DNA of 64,000 nucleotides from IMG/VR virus record IMGVR_UViG_3300013006_001224; one strand, 5' to 3'. This stretch comes from an uncultured virus (IMG/VR IMGVR_UViG_3300013006_001224). Taxonomy: Duplodnaviria > Heunggongvirae > Uroviricota > Caudoviricetes. A program made the translations under genes and the position numbers. The notes under the pieces are model-generated. The model was not told the DNA's origin and did no database searches. It saw only the letters and a program-made list of their open reading frames with translations. Positions 17,439 through 27,249 of this stretch are shown piece after piece (within the stretch, counting starts at the first letter, position 1; every line of letters begins with the position of its first letter).

Positions 17439-19286
17439 TTATGCTACAAATCTACATTGGGTTGTTAAATCAGTTACCCACTCATCACCAAATTGATGTA
17501 CTACACGTATTGTAGTGAAGCCTACTGTAATACCGCCTCCAGGGGCTCTATAACGTGCAGGCAAATCGTTATATGTAATTGTATCGCCAAATCTCCATCC
17601 AGCTACTCCTACAATTGTCAGTTTTAATTCTAACGGCCACGGAACTGAAGCTTTTTTCAAAGTATTTATTGTACTTTCGCCGTTAACAGCACGGCGTATT
17701 ACACCGCGAAGGCCGTCGCAAGTCTCAGCTGAAAAATATGCAAAAGCTGCTGCTTGCATTGCCAACTTCAATTCATCGCGAGAAGGAGCTTCCGAAGAAG
17801 CCCCCTGTGGGCTACCAGCCGCGGCTGCAGCGCCAGCATTATCACTAGCATCAGCTACAGATGCCGCTGAACCTTTATCAAAAGAAAATGCGGCTGCTGC
17901 TGTAGCGGACGGCACTTTACTGGTAATAGAAACTTCTCGTATAGCAACCATTCCTTTTTTAAATTCAAATGGCGCTGGTTGTGTTGCTGGAGCACGGTTA
18001 TTGAATATAACTAAGTCAACTTCATTTACAGCTATATATGCGCTCCCAGGTTCAATTGATATATCTAAATCTAATGCTCCTCCGCTATTAGCATTTATAA
18101 TACCTAATAGTTTCTTAAAAAATGTTTCAACTGTCATGTAATATTCTTTTAATGGAAACATTTTTAGTAGAGAAGGCGATGTTTTTATTGCAGTGTTTTC
18201 TTTGAGAATTCCGGCAATAACATTACGATTGATCAATATATCTCTTAGATTATCGGTTATATCAAAACTACCACCATGGCCTCCGATTGCATTCCACCCA
18301 TCATATACATAAGAATCTTTGCCTGGCAGTGTAGTTCTATGATATGCAATCGCGTCAGAACTTCCAGCATAATTAAAAATACATTCTATAGGATTAGCAC
18401 TCGGAATATATTCGCCTATAGTTTCATACCGAAGATCAGCTGTAGCAATAAATTGTATTTTTGTACTCTTTAAAGACCCGTTCAATTTATCTATTATCCA
18501 TCCCAGTGTAACGTATATACCACGTGCTCCACCCGTTCCGAACCCCATATCTTGATCAAATGCATAATCACTCTTAAACATTTTATTGCCTTCGTTAGTG
18601 TTATGTCGAATAAAGAGTTCATGGGGCCAACAACTTTCCTGAGGATTAAATGATGAATTTGTCATCGTACCTGTTCTATCTTGTGCCGTATGGTCTATTA
18701 AGTCTGCTAAATTTTGTACATTGGCTATTTGCGGTGACATGCCATCTTCAGCATAATCAGGACGAAATTGTAGATTTCCGTATGTTGCAGCAAATCCCTC
18801 GTATAAATTTAAATACAATGCACCTTGGCTAGCGCCTATACATTTAGCAGTTACGTCTACAGTATTATCTTTATTAATAGTAAATGAACAGTCATACACA
18901 CGTATATCATGAGATGCACTAGATGCGCCGAAGCCGGTACGTCTATAAGTCACTTTACCTTTTGCCCCTATTTGCAAAAAAGCTGCGTCTACCGCATCTA
19001 ACTGATCACGGTGTATTTTCCATTTAGCTTCTACACGTACTAGTGATCCAGCTGTTCCTTCAATAGTAACAGATGCTCCGATTAGGTAACCAGTTTTACT
19101 AGACTTAAACTCGCTGAGTTGAAATGCTCCGTGACCGCCGGATTCACATGCAGTCGCCCCATTAATGATTAATTTGAATGTATAGTTGTTAATTTTTGTA
19201 ATAGGTAATCCACTGGAAATTACACCCATGGAAGCGACCGCGGAACCTACTGTTGGAGCTCGATAAAAGAAATTTTGTGATGCCAT
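17439..19286 (-). CDS. Putative baseplate hub / tail protein
   Basis: Lies after the tape measure and LysM genes; C-terminal LTIVGVAGWRFGD...LP.RY...V.H.....W.T.L. Confidence 0.6.
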   Translation of the reverse strand: MASQNFFYRAPTVGSAVASMGVISSGLPITKINNYTFKLIINGATACESGGHGAFQLSEFKSSKTGYLIGASVTIEGTAGSLVRVEAKWKIHRDQLDAVDAAFLQIGAKGKVTYRRTGFGASSASHDIRVYDCSFTINKDNTVDVTAKCIGASQGALYLNLYEGFAATYGNLQFRPDYAEDGMSPQIANVQNLADLIDHTAQDRTGTMTNSSFNPQESCWPHELFIRHNTNEGNKMFKSDYAFDQDMGFGTGGARGIYVTLGWIIDKLNGSLKSTKIQFIATADLRYETIGEYIPSANPIECIFNYAGSSDAIAYHRTTLPGKDSYVYDGWNAIGGHGGSFDITDNLRDILINRNVIAGILKENTAIKTSPSLLKMFPLKEYYMTVETFFKKLLGIINANSGGALDLDISIEPGSAYIAVNEVDLVIFNNRAPATQPAPFEFKKGMVAIREVSITSKVPSATAAAAFSFDKGSAASVADASDNAGAAAAAGSPQGASSEAPSRDELKLAMQAAAFAYFSAETCDGLRGVIRRAVNGESTINTLKKASVPWPLELKLTIVGVAGWRFGDTITYNDLPARYRAPGGGITVGFTTIRVVHQFGDEWVTDLTTQCRFVA

Positions 19287-19303
19287 ACTATAACCTTATT
19301 AAT

Positions 19304-19597
19304 TTATCTATCTGTCTCACTTTGCTCTAACTTATCCTCCACATCATCTAGTACTGGAAATGGTATACGTACTTGTAATCCAGGTGGAATAGCAAATCCA
19401 CCTTTGCCTAAATTATTGGCGTTAGCAATTATCCACCACAAAGATGGATCCTGATAGAATTGAAATGCTAATGCATCTAATCGATCACCTTCTCTACTAA
19501 AAATGTAGTAGTCAGATTCTTGATAATCGAAATCGGATATAACAGCCGTGTTATATCGTTTCATTTCTTGTTTTGTGTATTTATATCTATCTATCAT
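19304..19597 (-). CDS. LysM / tail-X-like baseplate wedge protein (gp53-like)
   Basis: EGDRLDALAFQFYQDPSLWWIIANAN...PG..VRIP. Confidence 0.85.
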   Translation of the reverse strand: MIDRYKYTKQEMKRYNTAVISDFDYQESDYYIFSREGDRLDALAFQFYQDPSLWWIIANANNLGKGGFAIPPGLQVRIPFPVLDDVEDKLEQSETDR

Positions 19598-19606
19598 ATA
19601 CTATAA

Positions 19607-21943
19607 TTATCCGTATACCCCTGTTCCATTGATAACTGACAATTGGCAATCAACAGTGATGTATATTGGGTTTTGACTGCCGGCATCTAGTTCCCATGGA
19701 TATTCATTATCAAATCCAAGACCTATACTTGTTAAATAACTATTTGTTATGTTAACAAAATTTCCAACTTTCAATGGACATTTTGTCGGCGACCATACTC
19801 CACCGGATGCAGTTGGTTTTACTTTACCTTGAAGCAATTTTAAACTTGCCCATAATGTATCAAACTCTGCTCTACTACGTGCCGCTACTATAAACGATAT
19901 ACCAACACCTGTAGTGAAGTCATTTGATCCTGCTAGAACGGCAACTGGGGATCCTGCTGGCTTAAATGTCAATAGTCCTTGATCTGCTTTAGTTGATAGA
20001 TCTGTTAGGTATGCTGGAAATATTTGCCCGCCAATTGAAATATTAATAGTGTCATCTGAAGCATCTAACGTATCCCATGTTTTTGATCTAGGGCTATCGG
20101 CGCCGCCAATTTTTCCAATTTTATTCATTGGCGAATCGGCAGCTGTCCAAGCCGCTCCGGTAGTGAAGTCGATAACCGAATCAGTTTGACCCGGAGTACG
20201 ATTTCCACTAATACGAGATATCATTGGACGTGCCATGGCTTTATATTTACGAATGCCGGTTAATAGTGTAATCCCATCAGAATCAACTCCATCAGTACGG
20301 TTAGTTTCATCGGCATTATTTTTTAATGGTAACGTAGTACTACCATCCGGATATTTAGCTTCTAAAAAACTTTTACCATCGGGTTGCTTATATCCAACGC
20401 CGGCGTTTTTAGAATTATATGGATTCAAATAACTACGAAAGTATTGACTTTGTGCTAATAATTTCTCTAATGTAAAAGTAGAATAGGTTGATACCGGGGC
20501 GTCACTTGAACGTATATTAACATTTATTGGTATTCTAATCTGCCATGCATTACTTACCTCAGGACGTGTTCCGGCACTGTATATTATTGTTTTAGCAGCA
20601 TCTGTGCCTGTATTACGATGCAATTCACGTAAATATGATACGCCATATTGGCTTAATTGACCATATGTATATGCATATACTAAAGGACGTATCTGACCTA
20701 GTGTTTCTTCTTCGCCTTTCGCGAAAGGTAAACTCCCGTAACGACTGATACTATCTCTAACAACTGTTGCTGGAGTCAATGAATTTATAGATTGTAATGG
20801 AGCTAATCCGCCAGGTGTACGATTATAATTAGTAATACCTTTACCATCCTTACCAGGCATTGCCAATAAACGTTCGGGTGTGGTTGGTATTGTCGGCCGC
20901 GACTTTGAAAAATTAGTAAAGCCAATGCCGCCTATACTATTCGGCCCAGTTGGTCCAGATATCGTAGATAACAAGTATCCAGGGCTACCTATAGAATAAT
21001 CAAAATTTTGTTCTTTTAAAAGACGATTTAATCTATTCCATCTATCGCCCAATGAAAGAATGTTACGATTTATAATAATGTCTTCATATCTATTGGCATT
21101 ACCGATCGGCAATAATCCGTACTTTCGTGGATGTAAACCTAACCCGGATACTCCTGCAGCTAATAATGTATTTAACGGGCTACTTACTTTATGATTATTA
21201 AGAGGTTGAATATAACCAGTCACGCCTTCCGTATTAGGATTCATTAGGTGAAGCAATGCTTGTTTTGATATCCAGCCTAATCCCATAGGACGTATCAGCA
21301 TCTTTGCCAATCGAGCGACATCGTTAGCAGCACGTTCGCCAAATGCTAAAGCTCCTCCTCTCGGAACACCTAACGCTAAACTTACTGTGTCGGCTATTTG
21401 ATTTCCGGTACCCCACCTTTGCGGATAACGATTGTCATCACGTTGTATACCTCTTAGTATATAAGGCGGAGATGCATATCCAAATGGATCATATGATACA
21501 TCTCTTACTTTTACAATATTATATACATCGTCTATTGGAGAATTTTTAGTATACGTAGCCGCTAAGCCAGACAATGACTTGGCGTTATAAGTATTACCGT
21601 AACGGTTGTCTATATGGAATCCTAGTCTAGGAATATCAAAATCGTGTATCTGACCTTTCGGTCCTATAGGAAATTTACTTCCACCGCCTTGCTGTGTTTT
21701 ACGAGACGATGTTCCACGAAAACTATGAGAAGTATCATCTATTACAAATGCATCTGCTGAGAATCTTGGAGTAAACTGCGAAACAAATCCGTTATTATCG
21801 TACCCAGTTACATTTGTACGCACAGTTAAGTTGTCATTATATACGTAATCTGTTTTGCGGGATGCTATGTCTTCTGCTTTTTTAGCAAATCCTGGCTTAT
21901 TACCGTACCAAGATAAATCTGATTTAAGGTTCATTAACGCCAT
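19607..21943 (-). CDS. Putative baseplate / tube-initiator protein
   Basis: Between tape measure and LysM genes; C-terminal FPAYLT...ISFIVAA.S...PWE domain. Confidence 0.6.
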   Translation of the reverse strand: MALMNLKSDLSWYGNKPGFAKKAEDIASRKTDYVYNDNLTVRTNVTGYDNNGFVSQFTPRFSADAFVIDDTSHSFRGTSSRKTQQGGGSKFPIGPKGQIHDFDIPRLGFHIDNRYGNTYNAKSLSGLAATYTKNSPIDDVYNIVKVRDVSYDPFGYASPPYILRGIQRDDNRYPQRWGTGNQIADTVSLALGVPRGGALAFGERAANDVARLAKMLIRPMGLGWISKQALLHLMNPNTEGVTGYIQPLNNHKVSSPLNTLLAAGVSGLGLHPRKYGLLPIGNANRYEDIIINRNILSLGDRWNRLNRLLKEQNFDYSIGSPGYLLSTISGPTGPNSIGGIGFTNFSKSRPTIPTTPERLLAMPGKDGKGITNYNRTPGGLAPLQSINSLTPATVVRDSISRYGSLPFAKGEEETLGQIRPLVYAYTYGQLSQYGVSYLRELHRNTGTDAAKTIIYSAGTRPEVSNAWQIRIPINVNIRSSDAPVSTYSTFTLEKLLAQSQYFRSYLNPYNSKNAGVGYKQPDGKSFLEAKYPDGSTTLPLKNNADETNRTDGVDSDGITLLTGIRKYKAMARPMISRISGNRTPGQTDSVIDFTTGAAWTAADSPMNKIGKIGGADSPRSKTWDTLDASDDTINISIGGQIFPAYLTDLSTKADQGLLTFKPAGSPVAVLAGSNDFTTGVGISFIVAARSRAEFDTLWASLKLLQGKVKPTASGGVWSPTKCPLKVGNFVNITNSYLTSIGLGFDNEYPWELDAGSQNPIYITVDCQLSVINGTGVYG

Positions 21944-24261
21944 TATTTGTTATAACTCCCTAACTTATTAAATGATTTATCCACTTGCACACTTGTATTA
22001 ATTTCACGAATAACATTGGTACCAATTTGTATTGGAGCCGGAGTTTTCTGCCCTTCTGCTATTTGTGATAGAATTCTATTTTGTTCGCCCATTGCAGCAG
22101 CTGTGCCTGCAGATGATGCTTGTTGCTGTTGAGCAGCCATTACAACAGGCTGAGTTCTTTGGGCCGCTCCTATTACTCCTGGCCCCATGGCAACTTCATC
22201 ATTCTTTGTACCTTGGAATATTGTACCTTCTCTAGGATTAGTTACGATTGGACCTCCTCCGGCCGGCATTGCTAAGTCACCTACGCCACTAATTAATGCC
22301 ATCATGCCTGCTACCGCCGCTCCCGCAAGTCCCAATCCAACTGGCCCTAAAAATGCCATGGCTTGAAATATGGCAGGTATGGCTGATCTAAGTTGTGTCA
22401 TTCCTAGTGTAATTGTTTTACTTATTGCTTTTACCAAGCTTGGTATTAACATTGTACCTATAATAGCACCCATATAATATATAGTATCACTAATAAATGT
22501 TATTATAGGACTTAAAAAAGAAAATTGGTCTGTTAAACTAGTTATTAATCCACGAATATACTCTATTATATTTGCAATAAGTTGAAACGGCCATAACAAT
22601 CCATTTGCCAATCCACCTAAAAATGTCATTATAGGTGATAATAATTCTAACGCAGGAGCTAACGCTGCAAATACTTTTCCTAAGGCTTCTGCAGCTGGAG
22701 CTAATGACACCATTAATTTATTTTTCATATCATCAAATGACTTATTAGCTGAATCCAATGATTGTTGCTGAGCTAGACGGCTTTGTAACTCCTCATCACT
22801 TAGATCTTTTATTTCAGCGGCCGATAATCCTAAGTTAGTCATAGCTGCCTGCTCTTCTTTAGTCAGTTCGCCTAAGCGTTCTTGAATTGCCAACGACTTA
22901 GTTAACTCCTCAACTGACATACCCGCAGCTTTAGCTGCTGCTTCCATAGCTAACGGCCCCTGAGATTGCAGTTCTGCTAAACTTCCAAATTGTTTAACAA
23001 CTTCTTTTGTCGCTCCCGCAATATCACCTTGTAACGCTAATTGTCTAGCAGTATCTAAATTAATTTCTTTTCCAGTAATAGCTTGATATTCAAATTGATT
23101 AGATAGACTAGTTTCTATATTTAATAGGCCATCTGCCACTTTACCCATTTGTGCTAAACTTACTCCTAGCTTTGCAGCTTCTATAGCAGCATTTTTTAAA
23201 GCTACTACATTGCCGCCAAAATATTTAGTTACGTCTTTTGCATTTGTAGAAATATCTTTCATTACCGCATCGACACTCACGCCAGCTTTTAAAGCTTCTG
23301 CTGCTAATGACCGTTGTACTTCCACTGCTTGCTGCTGGCTAACGCCCATTGCCATAAATTCATTATTAACTAATCCAGCCTGCTGTGCTCCATATCCAAA
23401 TGCATTACCCATTTCTGCTATATTAGCAGCTGTATCAGCACTTAACATTCCGACTACGCCAAACGCTTTAATGTTCTCTTGTTGTACAGCCATTACATCT
23501 TTTGCAGTAGCTAACATTAATCCCATGGAATCAGCAGCCCGTTTAGACTCATCTGCTATTCCACGTGCCTGACCGAAAGTAACTCCCGTTGCTTTTGAAA
23601 ACTCCTTAGCTTCAGCAGTAATAGCTGTTAATACCGCTGCTAATGCAGCAAATATTATTAAGCTAGCTGCAACGGCGCCACCGGTGGCTCCAGTAAGTAA
23701 ACTATTTTGTAGTTTTTCTCCAATTTTATCTATGCCTAATGCTTTTGACATAAATTCGCCACCTGGTATTTTTTTCATGAACCCATCTATACCGGATTGC
23801 ATGCCATCCAGAGTATCGGCAGCTGCCATAAATCCTTGTTTTGCTATAGGATTATTAGCAATTTTATCTAAAGTATCTAGCTGGCCCAGTAGAATTTCTG
23901 CATTGTCTTGTGTTACTTGACCTAATTCTACTGCACGTTTAATTTTATCTTTATCTAATTGCAAGCTTTCAGCCGTCAAAGTTTTTAACTTAGACATAGG
24001 CTTTCTCATGTCTTGTAAAATTCCTGCATAATCATCTAAAGCTTTTGTACGTGCTTCCTCTACCTTTTTTATTACCTGTTCTTCTTTTTCTATTTTTTCA
24101 AGATAAGCTAAACTATTTAATAAAGCGTCGTTATTTTTTATTGTACCTAACAGAATATCGTTTTGAATGTCAGCTTGCCTATCCAGGCTTATTTCAGCCA
24201 GTTTAAAAAGCGATTCAGCTTCCTGCAGTAACTTTATTTGTTCTTTAGTATACTGAGCCAT
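21943..24261 (-). CDS. Tape measure protein
   Basis: Ala/Gly-rich helical sequence, INLDTARQLALQGD, late hydrophobic segments; follows the tail chaperones. Confidence 0.85.
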   Translation of the reverse strand: MAQYTKEQIKLLQEAESLFKLAEISLDRQADIQNDILLGTIKNNDALLNSLAYLEKIEKEEQVIKKVEEARTKALDDYAGILQDMRKPMSKLKTLTAESLQLDKDKIKRAVELGQVTQDNAEILLGQLDTLDKIANNPIAKQGFMAAADTLDGMQSGIDGFMKKIPGGEFMSKALGIDKIGEKLQNSLLTGATGGAVAASLIIFAALAAVLTAITAEAKEFSKATGVTFGQARGIADESKRAADSMGLMLATAKDVMAVQQENIKAFGVVGMLSADTAANIAEMGNAFGYGAQQAGLVNNEFMAMGVSQQQAVEVQRSLAAEALKAGVSVDAVMKDISTNAKDVTKYFGGNVVALKNAAIEAAKLGVSLAQMGKVADGLLNIETSLSNQFEYQAITGKEINLDTARQLALQGDIAGATKEVVKQFGSLAELQSQGPLAMEAAAKAAGMSVEELTKSLAIQERLGELTKEEQAAMTNLGLSAAEIKDLSDEELQSRLAQQQSLDSANKSFDDMKNKLMVSLAPAAEALGKVFAALAPALELLSPIMTFLGGLANGLLWPFQLIANIIEYIRGLITSLTDQFSFLSPIITFISDTIYYMGAIIGTMLIPSLVKAISKTITLGMTQLRSAIPAIFQAMAFLGPVGLGLAGAAVAGMMALISGVGDLAMPAGGGPIVTNPREGTIFQGTKNDEVAMGPGVIGAAQRTQPVVMAAQQQQASSAGTAAAMGEQNRILSQIAEGQKTPAPIQIGTNVIREINTSVQVDKSFNKLGSYNK

Positions 24262-24515
24262 TATCTATCTTTACAATTCTTTAAATTTGGATGCTCTTTA
24301 CAGATTGTATCTAATTGTTTCATTAATAGTTTATAGTTTTGATAAAAACTTGCTAATCCAGCTTTTAATGACGGATCCTCTTGTTTCATTCTTTCTACTT
24401 CACGCATAGATTTATGGAAATCAGAGCCCATAAAAAATTTAGCAATTGTGCTAATTAAACCCTCATTTAAATCAATTTGGTTTAAAGCTTTTTTTTCAAA
24501 TTTGTTAGTTGGCAT
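24261..24515 (-). CDS. Hypothetical protein
   Basis: Start moved to MPTNKF behind the late motif at 24532; DLNE motif. Confidence 0.7.
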   Translation of the reverse strand: MPTNKFEKKALNQIDLNEGLISTIAKFFMGSDFHKSMREVERMKQEDPSLKAGLASFYQNYKLLMKQLDTICKEHPNLKNCKDR

Positions 24516-24548
24516 AGTATTACTCTTTATAATAAATATCAAGCTAGT

Positions 24549-24569
24549 AAAAAAGCTCCGGGCGGAGCC
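24549..24569 (-). terminator. Rho-independent terminator
   Basis: GCTCC-GCCC-GGAGC then TTTTTT on the minus strand. Confidence 0.75.
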
Positions 24570-24576
24570 TTTTACA

Positions 24577-24798
24577 TTATCGTTTACTTTTTGACTTTGA
24601 TTTAGATTCTCTCATGGCTTTATCATGAGCTTTCTTTTCATCATCAAAATGCTTTTGTAATCTTCTTATATAGAAATGCCGTATAAATACTGGCATGTTA
24701 CAAACATCTGAATAAGTAAAACCGCCTTTGCCGAAAAATACTAGATCAAATATTTGTTCTTGAAGCATTACCTTATACTTTGGCGTCAGGCCAAAAAA
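24577..24798 (-). CDS. Tail/baseplate assembly chaperone, second part (gp51-like); reached by frameshift or from ATG 24768
   Basis: FFGL...QIFDL...GGFTYSDV.NMP..IR.FY; overlaps the 3' end of the upstream gene in the +1 frame. Confidence 0.75.
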   Translation of the reverse strand, partial: FFGLTPKYKVMLQEQIFDLVFFGKGGFTYSDVCNMPVFIRHFYIRRLQKHFDDEKKAHDKAMRESKSKSKSKR

Positions 24799-25630
24799 GG
24801 TCCAATCCGAAGGTAAATGAACCGCGAAAGGATTCTCCAGTCGCCTCATCAACCAAATCTATGCTTAAGTCTACATCGGGAGTAATGCTAGACATGTAAT
24901 TACGAATTGCACGACTATCAATTGCTAATAATTCGGTATCAACAAATTTACGAATAGTACCGTTATCTGTATTACCATCAATTGACGTAATCAAATATTT
25001 CAATCGGGTAGTTAATGCAGCTTCTTTTTTAACCTTAGCTAATCCAGAAATCTCAGCGTCAATTTTTTTAAGTTCGTTTTGAGTTAATAACTTGAAGGTT
25101 ATTTTACGTTTAGTTACCGGAAGTTCAAAATCAAACTCATTCTTTCCACGTTGTATTAAAGTCCAATCAATTTCCTTATCAGATAATTGAGTTAAGTTGA
25201 TTTCAACTTTTTGCTTGTTACCTGCAGGTGATACTACTTCTGTTTCATAACTAGCACCGTATCCTAATACACGAGCCGCTACCATTACAGCATTTTTATC
25301 GCCTAGCAATAAATCATTGTAATCAAATGGAGTTATAATAAGCGCTTGAAATAATTTATCTAGTACTACTCCTTGCTTGATATAACTTTGATTAGTAAGA
25401 ATATCTTCTTCTTTAGCAGTCATGTATTTCATTTCAATCTTACCTTCTGCTAAAGGATGACCTTCTGGATATAATAATCCTTTACTTGGCAATTCTACAA
25501 TCTCTGTAGGCCCTGTATATGCACTAGTATTAGTGGCAGGTGCTTGAGTTTGATAATTTGCTGTTGCAATTGCTTTTAATTGAGAATCGGACAATGGTCC
25601 GCCTTTGTACTCGTCGTTAACTGTTGGCAT
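24773..25630 (-). CDS. Baseplate hub / tail assembly chaperone (T4 gp26-like)
   Basis: VELPSKG..YP, MTAKEEDIL, ARVLGYG, FELP, DSRAIR, ends LFWP. Confidence 0.85.
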   Translation of the reverse strand: MPTVNDEYKGGPLSDSQLKAIATANYQTQAPATNTSAYTGPTEIVELPSKGLLYPEGHPLAEGKIEMKYMTAKEEDILTNQSYIKQGVVLDKLFQALIITPFDYNDLLLGDKNAVMVAARVLGYGASYETEVVSPAGNKQKVEINLTQLSDKEIDWTLIQRGKNEFDFELPVTKRKITFKLLTQNELKKIDAEISGLAKVKKEAALTTRLKYLITSIDGNTDNGTIRKFVDTELLAIDSRAIRNYMSSITPDVDLSIDLVDEATGESFRGSFTFGLDLFWPDAKV

Positions 25631-25668
25631 GTTTTCCTTTATAACTTAATTTAATATAAATATATGAT

Positions 25669-25932
25669 TTATTTTTTCGTATGACGTTTCTGATTTTCCT
25701 TAGCTCTACGTTCAGCTGTATCTTTAACTCGTTCCGCCTGACTTAGTAAATCTTCAGTAGCAGCTTCTATTTCAGGATCATCTTGAAATTGTTTACGAAG
25801 TGCCTTTACTGCATCATAAAGTTTTTTACCGTATAATACAGCGGCTACACCAGTACCTATTATAGCAGCAAGTGATACTGCTTCATTAATTTTGTTACCG
25901 TAATGTGCTATAGGATCAACGATCTTTTTCAT
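25669..25932 (-). CDS. Hypothetical small protein with one hydrophobic segment
   Basis: Late motif 5 nt upstream; KINE followed by AVSLAAIIGTGVAAVLY. Confidence 0.7.
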   Translation of the reverse strand: MKKIVDPIAHYGNKINEAVSLAAIIGTGVAAVLYGKKLYDAVKALRKQFQDDPEIEAATEDLLSQAERVKDTAERRAKENQKRHTKK

Positions 25933-25950
25933 TTTATATAAATATATGGG

Positions 25951-26643
25951 TCAGCGATTTCCTTTCTGCAAATTCTCTTGCCACGGAATAAATCTTAAAT
26001 TTTCCGGTGAAGCTATAATGTCCGGAGGCATGCTTTCTGAATATCCTTTAGATATTGGAATAACATGATCAATTTGATATGCCCCTTCAGCGCCGGCAAT
26101 GCCTCGTAGTTCTGGATCATATCCTGGAATGAGGTGTGCAACAGCTTCTGTTAATCTCCATACATCATAGTAATAACGCTTACGTTCTGGTAGAGTATCA
26201 TACCAATGCTGCCAGGATTCATATCCGAGTTGCTTGGCTTTTGCTTCGCGAATTGACTGCTTCCATTCTACACCGCGTTTCTTCCATCCTATTTTATAGG
26301 TAGCTAACCATTCATCCGTCATTTGTTTTCCTGCATTCCATTGTTTACGTGTGCCGTTTTTATATTGTTGTTTGCGAGTTTCATTTGACTTATTGATACC
26401 TGCTGCTGTATAAAAGCCTCCATTTGTTCTGGCTACATGTCCTCGAATATATTCACCGAATTTACCGTTCTGATAATTTAGTTCTTGATCACATCCACAT
26501 TTACATTTTGGATGAATGCCGCTATGATAGACGCTAATAAAGGTCTGTATCCCTTTTATTTTATGTGTCCTAGAATTATGGTTCTGCAAACTCTTGTAAC
26601 TATTGAAATTGCGATTGCAATCTGTACATGTAAATTCGGTCAT
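25951..26643 (-). CDS. HNH homing-endonuclease-like protein with N-terminal C2H2 zinc finger
   Basis: C.DC...F.....L..H....H, CKCGC...Y..GH, NUMOD-like basic middle, IDHVIP...NL......EN..K; start moved to MTEF. Confidence 0.8.
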   Translation of the reverse strand: MTEFTCTDCNRNFNSYKSLQNHNSRTHKIKGIQTFISVYHSGIHPKCKCGCDQELNYQNGKFGEYIRGHVARTNGGFYTAAGINKSNETRKQQYKNGTRKQWNAGKQMTDEWLATYKIGWKKRGVEWKQSIREAKAKQLGYESWQHWYDTLPERKRYYYDVWRLTEAVAHLIPGYDPELRGIAGAEGAYQIDHVIPISKGYSESMPPDIIASPENLRFIPWQENLQKGNR

Positions 26644-26688
26644 AAAAAAATCCTTATACTTATTATTTCTAATAAATATAAGGATTTT
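26644..26688 (-). promoter_or_regulatory. 18-bp hairpin containing the late motif and the HNH ribosome-binding site, followed by a U tract
   Basis: AAAATCCTTATATTTATT-AGAAAT-AATAAGTATAAGGATTTT-TTT-ATG (one G-U pair). Confidence 0.8.
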
Positions 26689-26715
26689 AATTCTAACTTC
26701 CAAATATGATTGCCA

Positions 26716-27204
26716 TTAAAATTGTAAGATGGCATAGTCGTACTTCAGCGTAAGCTCAATGTTAACTGGATCTTCAGTCGCCCAATCCATGTCACCAAAC
26801 GTTGCAGATGATATAAATGCTCCTATCAAAGTCCATTCTTCAACCTTATCACCTACTGGTCCTAAAGTATTAAAAGTAATGTTCTTTTTATAAAAGTCAC
26901 TATAACCATCACGTCCGGTTACAGACTCGTGATGCAAACGTACCCATTCCATTACTGCCTGCGCTCCTGATGGAACAACTGGATCATATAATGTTACGGT
27001 AACATCTTGCCAACGGCTTTTACCTTTTAATTTGCGTTCTACGTTGATATGATCTAGAATCACCTCACCTTGGTCAATACTTGGACGACTTGCTGCCTTA
27101 ATAAGGTATGCAGGAATTCCTTCAATGTACATAATGAAGCGGTTCGCCATTTTCGGCTCATACGCGGTATAAAATATTTCGCTTGGATCTAATAATTCTG
27201 CCAT
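26716..27204 (-). CDS. Tail tube protein (gp19-like)
   Basis: YEPK..NRF, W..V.VTLYD, WVR, YKK.I, EEW.L.GAF, LTLKYD; follows the sheath gene. Confidence 0.92.
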   Translation of the reverse strand: MAELLDPSEIFYTAYEPKMANRFIMYIEGIPAYLIKAASRPSIDQGEVILDHINVERKLKGKSRWQDVTVTLYDPVVPSGAQAVMEWVRLHHESVTGRDGYSDFYKKNITFNTLGPVGDKVEEWTLIGAFISSATFGDMDWATEDPVNIELTLKYDYAILQF

Positions 27205-27249
27205 TTTCTTATCCTATTATTTCTTATAAATATTCTGTTTCTCTAAATT

